In this document: piece after piece, positions 28,303-38,171 of the stretch
Layout: each line of letters opens with the position of its first letter
How positions within the stretch are numbered: the first letter of the stretch is position 1
IMG/VR virus record: IMGVR_UViG_3300011962_000024
Coordinates: 1 to 64,000 of that record
Length of the DNA stretch: 64,000 bases
Reading direction: 5' to 3' (one strand)
DNA from: a virus
Taxonomy: Duplodnaviria; Caudoviricetes
The notes under the pieces: generated by a model
Databases searched by the model: none
Told to the model about the DNA's origin: nothing
The model's input: the letters and a program-made list of their open reading frames with translations, nothing else
Made by a program: the position numbers and the translations under genes

Positions 28303-29010
28303 ATGTGCGGACGAATCACACAATACAGCCAGGCGGTGGAATACCTGTTCGCCCTGGACCCTCAGCTGTCGCTGGTCGGCGGTTTCGACCCTTCTCCGAT
28401 TGGCCGCTACAACGTGCCGCCGCAATCAAGGGTTCAGCTGCTGCACCAGGACGAGGACGGGCTTCGCATGGAGCCGGTCAAATGGGGATACGCCCCGTTC
28501 TGGGCGCAGGGGAAGAGACCGCCGGCGATCAACGCCAGGGTAGAGACGGCGGCCACCTCGAAGTTCTTCCGCGACATCTGGCAGACCGGCCGGGCAATCG
28601 TGCCGGCTAATGGCTGGTACGAATGGAAGAAGGACGAGGCCAGCCCGAAGATCAAGCAGCCATACCTGATCAAGCGCCGCGGAGACGAGCCACTATTCAT
28701 GGCAGCGCTCGGGCAGTTTCAGCGGGGCGGCGCGTTGGAGCCGAGAGATAGCGACGGGTTCGTCATCATCACGGCTTCCAGCGACGTCGGGATGATCGAC
28801 ATCCACGACCGCAGGCCGGTGGTGCTGTCGGCTGAATGCGCGCTGCACTGGCTGGATCCGGAACTGTCGCCCGATGAGGCCGAAGAGATCGCCCTGGAAC
28901 ATAGCCTTGGTGTCGAAGAGTTCGAGTGGTATCCGGTTGATCGTGCCGTAGGCAACGTCCGCAACGACGGCGCACACCTGATCAAGCGAATCAGCGATCC
29001 GGTGCTGTAG
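28303..29010 (+). CDS. SRAP/YedK family protein (second copy)
   Basis: MCGRI, RYNVPP, INARVET, IHDRRP. Homologous to 4882-5574. Confidence 0.92.
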   Translation: MCGRITQYSQAVEYLFALDPQLSLVGGFDPSPIGRYNVPPQSRVQLLHQDEDGLRMEPVKWGYAPFWAQGKRPPAINARVETAATSKFFRDIWQTGRAIVPANGWYEWKKDEASPKIKQPYLIKRRGDEPLFMAALGQFQRGGALEPRDSDGFVIITASSDVGMIDIHDRRPVVLSAECALHWLDPELSPDEAEEIALEHSLGVEEFEWYPVDRAVGNVRNDGAHLIKRISDPVL

Positions 29011-29054
29011 CCGCTGATCTGCAAGCGCTGGATCGGATTTCATCCGCCCTGATA

Positions 29055-29070
29055 CTGTGCGCATATACAG
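29055..29070. promoter_or_regulatory. LexA (SOS) box
   Basis: CTGTGCGCATATACAG, 14 bp upstream of the ATG at 29085. Confidence 0.8.
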
Positions 29071-29084
29071 CTTCAGAGCAGATC

Positions 29085-29825
29085 ATGGGCCGCGACATTT
29101 CCCTAACTCACCGCACCAGCATGACCGTCGAGCGCTGGCATCGCATGCTGGACGACACCGCAGAGCGCCGCGACCTTCCCCGGCTCTACCGGGATAACCT
29201 TGTCGAGGCCGCCGACGACATGCTTCGAGCGGGAATCATCGACCCGCTGGAGCACTTCGACCTGCTAGAGCTCGCCAATGCCGCGTACTCGCACGAGATC
29301 GAAGAGCAGATTTACCTGTACCGGTACTTCCAGCATTCGGGGAATTACGACGTGGGCAGCGGCGATCAGCGCATAGGTATTCTGCGCGGCGTTCGCTTCT
29401 ACCTTGAAACGGACAAATTCCGCGAACCGGCCAGCTACCACGCACGGATCGAAGGCACCGACAAAGGGCTTGAGCTCATTACCAACTACGGCGGCCGATC
29501 GCTTGGTGTGATCGATGGGAAGCTGCTGGTGACGCCGAGCGGCGAGCGGCACGAGCTGTTCGAGACCTCAAGAATGCAGGCTGGCGTAGACGCTCGGTCA
29601 ATCAGTGACCCCGACCTGTACCGCACCGCGCTTGATGCTATTCAGCTCGCCAAGGAAGAAGGCGATACAAAGCGGCATGTGGCGCTGATGATGCGGGCCA
29701 GCGTGTCGATCTTCATGCCCTGCCCCGCCTGCGATGACTCGTTCAGCATGCGAGAGGACTGCGGAGAATGTGAAGGCCAGGGGTTCGTGCGCGAGACGCC
29801 GGAGCGGTTCAGGTGGAGGAGTTAG
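29085..29825 (+). CDS. Hypothetical protein with C-terminal zinc finger, probably SOS-induced
   Basis: CPAC...DCGECEGQG at the C-terminus; LexA box upstream. Confidence 0.7.
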   Translation: MGRDISLTHRTSMTVERWHRMLDDTAERRDLPRLYRDNLVEAADDMLRAGIIDPLEHFDLLELANAAYSHEIEEQIYLYRYFQHSGNYDVGSGDQRIGILRGVRFYLETDKFREPASYHARIEGTDKGLELITNYGGRSLGVIDGKLLVTPSGERHELFETSRMQAGVDARSISDPDLYRTALDAIQLAKEEGDTKRHVALMMRASVSIFMPCPACDDSFSMREDCGECEGQGFVRETPERFRWRS

Positions 29826-30046
29826 CGGCAGGCCTTATTTCCGGCCAGCAGCTCCTCCCGCGCCACATTGACCGCGGGCGGCGCAGTGATGCAAACGACG
29901 ATCTGTCCGGGCGTTCTGCTGTGGTAAAGCTCAAGCCAGATGCCCTCCTTTGTGAGCTGGCGATACAGCTCGGCCGCATCCGCTTCGGTTTCTGGCGACA
30001 GGAATATCCGCTGGCCTGGCTTGCGATTGATGATGAGATTTCCCAT
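29822..30046 (-). CDS. CsrA/RsmA-like small protein (second copy)
   Basis: LIINRKPGQRIFL...VCITAPPAVNVAREEL. AAGGAGG RBS. Homologous to 5577-5789. Confidence 0.6.
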   Translation of the reverse strand: MGNLIINRKPGQRIFLSPETEADAAELYRQLTKEGIWLELYHSRTPGQIVVCITAPPAVNVAREELLAGNKACR

Positions 30047-30107
30047 ATATCCTCCTTGATTGGGTCACCTCACCATACAGGTGGAGGCGAAGGCGCGCTG
30101 TGACCTC

Positions 30108-30629
30108 CTACTCGCCTGCCCTCACCGCCCGGGCCCACTCCTGCAGATACGCCAGCTTCTCCCGGTCGCTGATCATTCCGCCTCGGATATTCCAAACAGC
30201 TGATCCAGCTGCTGCACTGAGTTCGACGCTGGTTGCATCGCCCAGGCCGCCGGCGCCGGTGGTGGCGGACACTGTGGCGTCGGCGCGGGCAACTCGGACT
30301 TCGATACGCAGCCGGCGGCGCTCATCGTCAGCAGCAGAATACTCGCGGCGCAGGCGGTCATTTTCAGCTTGTGCATGAGTCAGTTTCTCGGTTGAGGTTG
30401 TGTCGAGGATGCCCAGGCGCGCTTCCAGCACCAGGCGATCGGTCTGCTGCTTGAGGATCACCGCGGCGTTTGCTTGGGCGGTCAGGCGCAGCTGTTCCGA
30501 CCATTCCGCTTTGGTGCTGGCGAGATCCTGCTGGACATCCATGACGCGGCACTGCTGCACCCCGCCGATCAGCAGCGCGGCCAGCAGCCACCACGCCGAG
30601 GACGGGACCAGCTTCAGCCAGGCGGTCAT
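30108..30629 (-). CDS. Rz: Rz-like inner-membrane spanin
   Basis: N-terminal TM, coiled coil, C-terminal RLRIEVR...LQEWAR. Follows the endolysin. Confidence 0.8.
   Translation of the reverse strand: MTAWLKLVPSSAWWLLAALLIGGVQQCRVMDVQQDLASTKAEWSEQLRLTAQANAAVILKQQTDRLVLEARLGILDTTSTEKLTHAQAENDRLRREYSAADDERRRLRIEVRVARADATVSATTGAGGLGDATSVELSAAAGSAVWNIRGGMISDREKLAYLQEWARAVRAGE
30173..30376 (-). CDS. Rz1: Rz1-like outer-membrane spanin lipoprotein, nested in Rz
   Basis: Lipobox LLLTMSAAG-C, Pro-rich mature part (PQCPPPPAPAAWAM). Alternate frame inside Rz. Confidence 0.78.
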   Translation of the reverse strand: MHKLKMTACAASILLLTMSAAGCVSKSELPAPTPQCPPPPAPAAWAMQPASNSVQQLDQLFGISEAE

Positions 30630-31114
30630 GCCAGCACCCCGCCGGCCATGGAATAAGCGGCCAACAGCTGGTCAACGTCATGCTCGTGCTGCCCATACCC
30701 GGCCCCTGGCAATGAAGCCCAGCGGCTGCGGCACTTGTGGATGGCCTGCTCGATGCGGCCTGCCTTGATGTCCTCAAGCGCTCGGCACTCGCGGATCAGC
30801 TGCAGCGCGATGAGGTCCTGATTGATCGGCGTGAACCCGCCCTTCAGGTTCAGCTGTGCGCGGTAATGATCCCAGTAGCGCGACAGGATCTGGTATCGGC
30901 CCGCAGCGGTTGAGTGGATCTTCAGCTTGGGCAGCCAGACGGAGCGGCGCGGGTGGTCGAGGTACGACTCAAACAGGCCGCCGCCGACCACTACGTCGTA
31001 GCCGTCATCCTTGGTCGGCTGGCGGTCGTTATCAGTGCCCTCGCTCCAGGCGATCAGGTCCAGAAAGGCGAGCGCGTTCGCGCCGCCCGCTTGGGCAGCT
31101 GAGATTCGAGGCAT
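30626..31114 (-). CDS. Endolysin (lambda R-like lysozyme/transglycosylase)
   Basis: AFLDLIAWSEGT, STAAGRYQIL, FTPINQD, RWASLPGAGYGQ. Confidence 0.92.
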   Translation of the reverse strand: MPRISAAQAGGANALAFLDLIAWSEGTDNDRQPTKDDGYDVVVGGGLFESYLDHPRRSVWLPKLKIHSTAAGRYQILSRYWDHYRAQLNLKGGFTPINQDLIALQLIRECRALEDIKAGRIEQAIHKCRSRWASLPGAGYGQHEHDVDQLLAAYSMAGGVLA

Positions 31115-31116
31115 GG

Positions 31117-31509
31117 TTAATCTCCAGACAAAGAAAACCCCGCACTTGGCGGGGTCTGGTTGTATCGATGGGCGCCGCCTATTCGGACGCCGGCCCACAT
31201 TGCGTATGCACGCCATCGAGCAATGCCCGACGAGCGCAGCGCGTTGAGGAACACCCGATCGGCATCGGCGCGGGATAGCTGGCCAGTCGAATAGAGCCAG
31301 TCGTGCAGCGCCGCCGCCGCGTGTCCGTACTGCCCCAGCAGCGCGAATGTCATCGGCCAGCGCGGGACTGAGGCGAAGTCAGTCTCGAAGCCGGCTGGAA
31401 CCTCGATCAGGCCGTGGTCAGGATCCAGATATGAAAAAGGCGCCAGGAGGCGCCATGTTTTGCGGTCGGGCTGCAGCTCAACCTGCAGTGGGTGCGGGAA
31501 CCGGTCCAT
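31117..31509 (-). CDS. DUF1353 family protein
   Basis: VPAGFETDFASVPR...AAALHDWLY...ADRVF. Confidence 0.8.
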   Translation of the reverse strand: MDRFPHPLQVELQPDRKTWRLLAPFSYLDPDHGLIEVPAGFETDFASVPRWPMTFALLGQYGHAAAALHDWLYSTGQLSRADADRVFLNALRSSGIARWRAYAMWAGVRIGGAHRYNQTPPSAGFSLSGD

Positions 31510-31969
31510 CGGGCCAGCCCTCCTCCAGCATCGCTTCGGTGAAGGTGCCGTTGGTAAGAGCATCTACCAGCTCTTCCTCACGGTCGAAGCAGGCTTGCAC
31601 ATAGCTATCTACCGCCTTTGCCGCAGAGATCAGCGTTTCGGAATCGAGAGTCACCCACGTGCCGTCTGCCAGCTTCCAGCGTCGACTGTGCTGAGGGTCG
31701 ATGGTTGCCCGCAGCGCGGCGCCGTTCAGCAGCGTCTTGGTTCGATCGTCGGTCTCAATAAGCATGCCCGCGATCTCGATACCGGCAACTTCAGCCTGCC
31801 AGCGGCGGGCAGCGACAATGGCGGCAACATCAAAGGGCGGCGGCGCCAGATATTGAGCCACTTCATCCGGCGTCATCGGTACGAGCGCTGGATCGATGTA
31901 GGAATCCTGCGATCCATCAGACTCGTAAGCCAGCACTTGGCCGGTTTCGGGGTTTCGAAAGTATTTCAT
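31478..31969 (-). CDS. Tail fibre assembly / DUF4376-like protein
   Basis: MKYFRNP...AYESDGSQD; RRWQAEVAGI...WKLADG.WV.L. Follows the fibre gene. Confidence 0.7.
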   Translation of the reverse strand: MKYFRNPETGQVLAYESDGSQDSYIDPALVPMTPDEVAQYLAPPPFDVAAIVAARRWQAEVAGIEIAGMLIETDDRTKTLLNGAALRATIDPQHSRRWKLADGTWVTLDSETLISAAKAVDSYVQACFDREEELVDALTNGTFTEAMLEEGWPDGPVPAPTAG

Positions 31970-33507
31970 CAGCGCAGCTCCGACCAGAGGCCGATCGTTT
32001 GGGATCCGGCAGTGATTGTGTAGGTGTAGGTCTGGCCGTCGGGAACGATAAAACTTGCGTACATAAAGTCACCGCCAGACAGTGCGAACAGCAAAGCGAC
32101 ATTCACGCCATTTACTTTGATCAGACCTGATCCTCCAGCGCCCTGCGTCGCCTTTATGGATACCTGAATGGGTCGCCCGGTTGAGTTCGTATAGGTGACT
32201 CCTGTTGCGCGACTGGCAGTGACATCCTGCCAAGCCTGGCCATATCCCAAGCCGGGAGACACGTCCGATATTTCAAGAACCGCCTTGGCTTGTTCCGCGT
32301 CCTGTGCAGAGAAAAGCGTTTGGATAAATTCGCTGACGTTACCTTCGTGAAAAAAGGGGAGCCAGTCACCCCATAAGCCCTCTGTCTTTGTCCTGAACGC
32401 CACCCCCTGCGTACTCAGCGTAGCCCCGAAGAAAACCTGTACCGCGAACCCGGATGACGCCCCTATTTGCCGCAGGTAGCCAAATGCGCGCCAACCGTTT
32501 GTCCAGGCTGATGAGTAATACATGCCGTTCTTGTCTAGCGTGTCCGCATCTGTAGGCCCCAGCAGAACGGATGGGCCGCCTAGACCGAATGCTCCCACGG
32601 ACATCAAGGCGCCGGGTGTAGAGTCAGTCTGCGAGATTTGAACGTCTGCATTCGCAGCGCTGCCCAACTGAACATTGCCGCTCTCATCCGGATCAACACC
32701 ATTCACAGACGAAACCGTTCCGCCTCCCTGAGGACGAATGTTGGTCGCCTCGGCAGCGGTAGCGACGAACCCTAAGGGGCCAACATACATGCCGGTCGCC
32801 GGTTTGTTCGATTCGCCGCCAGTCCAGTCGGTTACTTGCATCACGATCCGTTCGCCGTCTGGCACGACCGCAATGACCGGAGTCCACCCCGCCCCAATAG
32901 CGGCTACTGCTGCGGCGCTGGCGGCGGCAGCTTGGGCGCTGTCGTCTGCACTCTCGGCGGCTGCTTGAGCGGTATCACGTGCCGCAATGGCCTCAGGCGT
33001 CACGTCACCTGTATCGCCCTTCTCGCCAGCAGGGCCTCGCGCTATCGGAGCGCCGGCCGACCAGTCCCCCGATGCCGAAGACAGCTTCAGGTAAAGCCGC
33101 TCGGTGTCGGAAGCGTAATACGTGAATCCGGCGTTGGCTGAGTCGTACTGATCACGACCGTTGAGCGTGCCGGTCGCGTCGATCTTTAGTGTCGGGCCAA
33201 AGGTTCCAAGCTCGGACAGTATGGTGCCGAACTCATCGACCACTTTGCGCAAACGATCGGCTGACTCCTTCACGTACCCCTGCAAGGGGGCCAGCGCATA
33301 GGCTCCACCGCTACCCGACTCGCCTTGGTAGGGTGGCGATATGCTAAGCACCGTGGCGCTGGCGATGTTGGTTACCTCGTACCATCGACCATCCGGGCCG
33401 CGAAAGGCATCGCCAACCCTTGCGTTTGCACTGAACGCCGTACCGGTGCCGGTGACCGTGTCGCTATTGGCCGTGACGGCGACTGTTCCTTGGTTGTACC
33501 AGGGCAT
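31969..33507 (-). CDS. Tail fibre protein
   Basis: MPWYNQGTVAVT N-terminus, short collagen-like GPAGEKGDTG, C-terminal GYGQAWQDVTASR...TYTNSTGRPI. Confidence 0.85.
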   Translation of the reverse strand: MPWYNQGTVAVTANSDTVTGTGTAFSANARVGDAFRGPDGRWYEVTNIASATVLSISPPYQGESGSGGAYALAPLQGYVKESADRLRKVVDEFGTILSELGTFGPTLKIDATGTLNGRDQYDSANAGFTYYASDTERLYLKLSSASGDWSAGAPIARGPAGEKGDTGDVTPEAIAARDTAQAAAESADDSAQAAAASAAAVAAIGAGWTPVIAVVPDGERIVMQVTDWTGGESNKPATGMYVGPLGFVATAAEATNIRPQGGGTVSSVNGVDPDESGNVQLGSAANADVQISQTDSTPGALMSVGAFGLGGPSVLLGPTDADTLDKNGMYYSSAWTNGWRAFGYLRQIGASSGFAVQVFFGATLSTQGVAFRTKTEGLWGDWLPFFHEGNVSEFIQTLFSAQDAEQAKAVLEISDVSPGLGYGQAWQDVTASRATGVTYTNSTGRPIQVSIKATQGAGGSGLIKVNGVNVALLFALSGGDFMYASFIVPDGQTYTYTITAGSQTIGLWSELR

Positions 33508-33577
33508 GCTTTTCTCCAGGCGTAAAAAAGCCCGCTCGGGGCGGGCTCTGCTTATGTTCTTCGCGCTACGTCAGGCT

Positions 33578-34387
33578 TCATCCAAACGGTAACGGGAGCG
33601 TGGATGCGTCGATGTAACTCGCGCTTGGCAGTCTCGCGGTGGGTATATCGAAGAATCCGTATTCCACGATGTGCGGAGGAGTGAAGAATGGGTCTATCAG
33701 GCAGCCCGCTTCCGTTGCCATCGCGAACACTAGGCTTCCCCCTGCGCCGTAAGCGCCTTCCTTCGCTGATATCCGCTGCGTTCCATGCTGCGTGGCGTGG
33801 AACATTGCCCTTGACCACTGATTACTGACAGCGCAATCACCTGTCGCAGGGAATGAGATCGTGTCCATGACCGATCTGCCCCAGCCGTAGTCTCCTAGCA
33901 CGGTTGTAGTTGCCCCGATATATCCTCTGCCGACTCCCCTAAACGTGTCAGGAAGTGGCGCGACTGCTGAGCCGTTGATATCCATGAAGGGCATGCCAGT
34001 GTCTAGGGTGCACACTCCGACGTCGTCCCAAAGCCGCATCTTCGCAGGACCTGGCCCCCTGTCTCGCATCAAATCGAACACGTAATACTTAACCGATGAC
34101 GATGCATGCGCATACCAGTAGGTAAAGGAATTACCGGTCCTGACGATCTGTTGCAGGACGGCTCTGCCGGCGACGAAAACAATTGGCGCTTCCGCCGTGA
34201 CAGTAAACCCGTAGATGCTGTCGAAAATCCCCGTCGGGTAGTACGTGTTATTGCTGATAAATTGGCGCCGCTTTTGCTCTGCAGAAGTTAGATACGTCAT
34301 ATATCCAGACTTGATCAGTCCGAACGTCACATAGTCTGAGTCGACGAGGTTCTTTCCGGTCTCGTCCCACGTCCTGAAAAAACCCAT
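33578..34387 (-). CDS. Putative tail-tip accessory protein
   Basis: Beta-rich ORF coupled to the preceding gene, between J and the fibre. Paralogous-looking G(F/L)R.WD motifs. Confidence 0.55.
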   Translation of the reverse strand: MGFFRTWDETGKNLVDSDYVTFGLIKSGYMTYLTSAEQKRRQFISNNTYYPTGIFDSIYGFTVTAEAPIVFVAGRAVLQQIVRTGNSFTYWYAHASSSVKYYVFDLMRDRGPGPAKMRLWDDVGVCTLDTGMPFMDINGSAVAPLPDTFRGVGRGYIGATTTVLGDYGWGRSVMDTISFPATGDCAVSNQWSRAMFHATQHGTQRISAKEGAYGAGGSLVFAMATEAGCLIDPFFTPPHIVEYGFFDIPTARLPSASYIDASTLPLPFG

Positions 34388-34692
34388 CAGTACACCCCGT
34401 AGTGGACTTCATAGTTGCCCCCAGTCCAGCCTCCGGTCCCGGCAAATATCCAACTGAATACTCCGTTGCCGTCGTACACCACGACCGGGCGACTGCCGAG
34501 AAATGTTCCGCCAGGATTCGGTACCGGGACGATCACGAAAAACACGGTGCCGGGCAGGTCGATTGTCACCGTGAGGCTGCCGCTGCTCTGTGGCGGAATA
34601 GCGAACTTGCCGAGCACCTTGCTCACGCTTCCCGTCTCTCGCAGCAGCAGCCTGCCCTCCTCGTCGTAGGACCGGTAGATCACTCCCATCAT
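34387..34692 (-). CDS. Small tail-tip accessory protein
   Basis: Overlaps the J stop. YRSYDEEGRLLL...YGVY pattern. Confidence 0.6.
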   Translation of the reverse strand: MMGVIYRSYDEEGRLLLRETGSVSKVLGKFAIPPQSSGSLTVTIDLPGTVFFVIVPVPNPGGTFLGSRPVVVYDGNGVFSWIFAGTGGWTGGNYEVHYGVY

Positions 34693-37600
34693 CAGCCCCC
34701 GATGCCGAATTCAAGGCCCTTGACCCCATTGGGGTGATAAGCCGTGATCACCTTGTTGTTGATGGTGATCCTCCCCTCGCCTGGCAGCGATCCATTCACC
34801 TCGAACTCATTGGTCACGAAGTTGATTCGAATCCCCTGCTGCCCCTTGACGTAATCCGGTGACCGCAGCTCCCCGGTCACAATCAGGTTCACGATATCGG
34901 CCTGGTTGAACACGGCCGAGTTCGCGAATATCTGCCCGCCCTGAACCACGAACGGAGTGATCAGTTCGCCGCTCGACTCATCCAGGATGGCGAAACGCTG
35001 GGCGAAGGCGAGAATCTGCGCCTCCTGCTCCTCGCCTTCCACGCCGATCGCAAGGCCAGCCATGACGGTGCGGCCGTCGACTGTTGTCTGCGTCTTGATG
35101 GTAGTGAGCGCGGAGGCCTTGCCTTCAAAATCAACGAGCGCCTGCGAGGTCTGTTGAACGGCGGCCGAGGTGTCGCCGACCGTGGCATCGAGCTGGTTGA
35201 TCTGCTCGGCCATGGCCATGTTCTCGGTCGCCACCGTCCGGGCTACCTGGGTGATGCGCGCTGCCGAGTCCCACCCCTTCAATGCATCCGCCAGCTCGCC
35301 TTCGCCGTCATCGTCCCGGTAAGCCGCCTGCAGAACGGCCAAGCTCGAGGCGGTGGCCGTCACGATCCCATCGAGCACGCTGATGCCAGCCGTGTTCTCC
35401 GCGACCTGAACAGCAAGACCGTTGGCGGTTTCGACTACCTGGCCGACGTCCATCCAGAGGTTGTCGTTCGGCGGCGCGTTGCTGCCGTCCGGTGCTGCTG
35501 GGACGTCAACCAGGGCCTGGTACAGCCGGCGGCCATTGGGTCCGCCGCGAACCGCATCGCCCTGTGCGTAGGCTTGGTCGGGGTCATAGGCCAGCGCATC
35601 AACGGCCTGCGATACGGCCTCTTGGATGCGCTCGTTGACCGAGCCCGGGCCGTCGCCGTCGATCAGATCGATTCGCTCGAGCAGGTCCTGGCCGAGCTCG
35701 GACTCGGTGATCTGGCCGGTGATGTAATCGAGGATCGCAGACGCATCGGCGCTGCTCTGCCCCATCACCCAGTCAGACCATGGGCCGATGTTGCCGGTAC
35801 GGTCCACCAGCCGAGCCCGGAACCAGAACGTCACGCCGGCAGCAAGACCGGTCATGGTATGGGTGTTGGCTGGGTAGGCGTAGTCGCCCAGGTGCAACGC
35901 GTCCTCCTCGCTCTGCGCCGAACCATACTGGATCTCGGTGCGGAGCGTGTCCTCTGCGCCGGCCGGAAAGCCCCACTCCAGCCGGATGCCGAATATCTCG
36001 GGCACTGCGTTCAGGAATGCCACAGCCGGCGGCGTGCCGGACTTGCCGGCCAGCTCGATCGCCTCGCTGTAGCCCCAAGGACTGCTCACATCCAGGCTGT
36101 TCAGCGCGCGAACGCGAATTTGGTAGGTGCCGGCGTAGATGCCGACCACGTCCAGCTCGGTCCCGCCACTGCGGCCAGCATAGACCCAGGCCGCATCGCC
36201 CCGGCGCCACTCCACGTCGTAGCGCGTTGCGCCGGGCGCGACATCCCACATGACCGTCATCGTCGTGACAGCCATGGTCTGCTCCAGCATCCAGTCGCTG
36301 ATCGCGCGGATGTTTTCGGGCGCGGCCTGAACACTCGAGGGGATGGACGTGACCGGGCGCTGGCTGATGATCGCACCGGTATCGACCGCTGCGTGCTTCC
36401 CCTCGACGTACTTGCTTGCGGTGATCGAATATTCCAGCGGACCAGACTCGCCAATGCTGACGATCCGGTAGCGTTGCGCGGCCAGGTTGGGCGTTTCCCA
36501 GGCCCATACGCTTTGCGCCACGGGGGCAGCGTCGAAAGATGGAGAGACGGTGATTTCGGCGCCATCCACCAGCAGCACTTCGCGTGTCTGGGCAATGCCG
36601 TCCGGCATGATGCAGGTCAGTTCGTCGCCGGCCTGAACGCCTTCCACCTTGTCTGCGACGATGACGCTAGCCGTTGCGGACCGCGCGCGACCGCCGATAC
36701 GGCGACCAGCCCGGGCATTGTCCGCCACGCGAATGATCTGTCCAGGGCGGGCGCGGATTCCGTCAAGGCCAACTGCAAATGTAACCGTCTCGGTTTCCAG
36801 CAGATTGGTCAGCAGCGCCCAGCGCCCGGCGCGCTGAGCCTGCCCCTGCGAGGTACAGCCAAGAGCAGAGATCTCTACCGTCTGCACACCAAAGCGCGCC
36901 ACAGCATCATCGTCCTGCACGTACTCGATCTTCGCCCGGTACATGTCCGCCGGATCGTTCCAGCTGACAAGCGCGGCGCTGTAACGGGTCGAGCGCTTGC
37001 TGCCCTTATAGGAAAACTTGCCCTCTTTGACGTTGGCGTTGGTGTAGGTGTAAACCGGGTCGGCCGGCATGTCGGCGGAGACGATCGCCTGGCCGGCGCC
37101 CCAATACGTGATGCCGCGAAAGATAGCCGCAATGTCCTGCAGCGCTTTGTAGGCGTCAGCGCGCTTCTGCAGGTAGAGGTTGCAAGTGAAGCGAGGCTCC
37201 TGGCCGCCCATGCCGTCTCCGACCATCTGGTCGCAGTATTGCGCGATCTGGTACAGCCCCCACTTGTCCACCTGGCCCGCGTCGATGCGGTCGCCAAGCC
37301 CATACCGCGGGTGCAGCAGCAGGTCGTAGTAGACCCATGCCGGATTGTTGCTGTACGCGAGCTGGAACGTGCCGTCCCAGATGCCGGAGTAGGTGCGAGT
37401 CTCGGGCTCGTAGTTGCTCGGCACACGGATGATTCGCCCGCGCGCATGGTAACCCCGGCGCGGAACTGCGCCGCCGAACGACTCGGCGTCGAACGAAACG
37501 CCGATGACGGCCGAGTTCGGATAGCGGAACTTGGCGTCGATGATTTCGGTGATCGACTTGATGTTCACTGTGTCGGCGATGGCCGAGGATGTGCTGTTCG

Positions 37601-38171
37601 CGGTCAATCGGCGAACGCGAATACGCCAGCCGCCGGAACCTTCCGGCAGGTCGATACGCACCGATCGTTCGTAGCCGCCCGTGGTTTTCCCATCGAAAGC
37701 GCCGCGAAGTACCTCTTGGTATGCACCAACGCCGACGGCTAAATCAATCGCGTACTCGACACGGTAGCCGGTCGTGTCGCCGTTGCTGGTGTTCTGCCTA
37801 GCCAGGCGCGGCACGGAGAAATTTACGCGCACAGCAGACAGATCGGCGTTCGTGACCGAGCGAACCCAGGGCGAAGCGGCCTGCAGCTCCACGCCGATGT
37901 TGATCTCGTTCTCGACCTGCGGGAAGCCAGCCAGATAGGCCTGATCCTGGCTGCCGGTACGCTGCTCCCAGGTAAAACCGGCAAAACCAGACGTTCCGGG
38001 CGTCTCGTCGAGGTAGATCGATGCCGCGCCGTTGACCAGCCCATAGATTTCGCCTTCAGAAATCAGGTCGATCAGGCGCGCATAGGCGGTGCTGACCAGG
38101 CTGTCGGGCGACTCTTTCGGTGTGCGCGGCTTGTCGCTGCCTCCCTTGGCGCCCTTGATCATTACTGTCAT
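34692..38171 (-). CDS. Host specificity / central tail fibre protein J
   Basis: KGAKGG...PKESPDSL, DLISEGEI, YSNNPAW, EPRFTCN, FnIII-like repeats, coiled-coil C-terminal region. Confidence 0.92.
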   Translation of the reverse strand: MTVMIKGAKGGSDKPRTPKESPDSLVSTAYARLIDLISEGEIYGLVNGAASIYLDETPGTSGFAGFTWEQRTGSQDQAYLAGFPQVENEINIGVELQAASPWVRSVTNADLSAVRVNFSVPRLARQNTSNGDTTGYRVEYAIDLAVGVGAYQEVLRGAFDGKTTGGYERSVRIDLPEGSGGWRIRVRRLTANSTSSAIADTVNIKSITEIIDAKFRYPNSAVIGVSFDAESFGGAVPRRGYHARGRIIRVPSNYEPETRTYSGIWDGTFQLAYSNNPAWVYYDLLLHPRYGLGDRIDAGQVDKWGLYQIAQYCDQMVGDGMGGQEPRFTCNLYLQKRADAYKALQDIAAIFRGITYWGAGQAIVSADMPADPVYTYTNANVKEGKFSYKGSKRSTRYSAALVSWNDPADMYRAKIEYVQDDDAVARFGVQTVEISALGCTSQGQAQRAGRWALLTNLLETETVTFAVGLDGIRARPGQIIRVADNARAGRRIGGRARSATASVIVADKVEGVQAGDELTCIMPDGIAQTREVLLVDGAEITVSPSFDAAPVAQSVWAWETPNLAAQRYRIVSIGESGPLEYSITASKYVEGKHAAVDTGAIISQRPVTSIPSSVQAAPENIRAISDWMLEQTMAVTTMTVMWDVAPGATRYDVEWRRGDAAWVYAGRSGGTELDVVGIYAGTYQIRVRALNSLDVSSPWGYSEAIELAGKSGTPPAVAFLNAVPEIFGIRLEWGFPAGAEDTLRTEIQYGSAQSEEDALHLGDYAYPANTHTMTGLAAGVTFWFRARLVDRTGNIGPWSDWVMGQSSADASAILDYITGQITESELGQDLLERIDLIDGDGPGSVNERIQEAVSQAVDALAYDPDQAYAQGDAVRGGPNGRRLYQALVDVPAAPDGSNAPPNDNLWMDVGQVVETANGLAVQVAENTAGISVLDGIVTATASSLAVLQAAYRDDDGEGELADALKGWDSAARITQVARTVATENMAMAEQINQLDATVGDTSAAVQQTSQALVDFEGKASALTTIKTQTTVDGRTVMAGLAIGVEGEEQEAQILAFAQRFAILDESSGELITPFVVQGGQIFANSAVFNQADIVNLIVTGELRSPDYVKGQQGIRINFVTNEFEVNGSLPGEGRITINNKVITAYHPNGVKGLEFGIGG

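Noticed and set aside
35154-37742. 862-aa plus-strand ORF, and similar long antisense ORFs (41094-42128, 59894-61348, 10108-11046, 19429-20340)
   Set aside because: Shadow ORFs opposite well-supported genes in GC-rich DNA, with no recognisable motifs or RBS.
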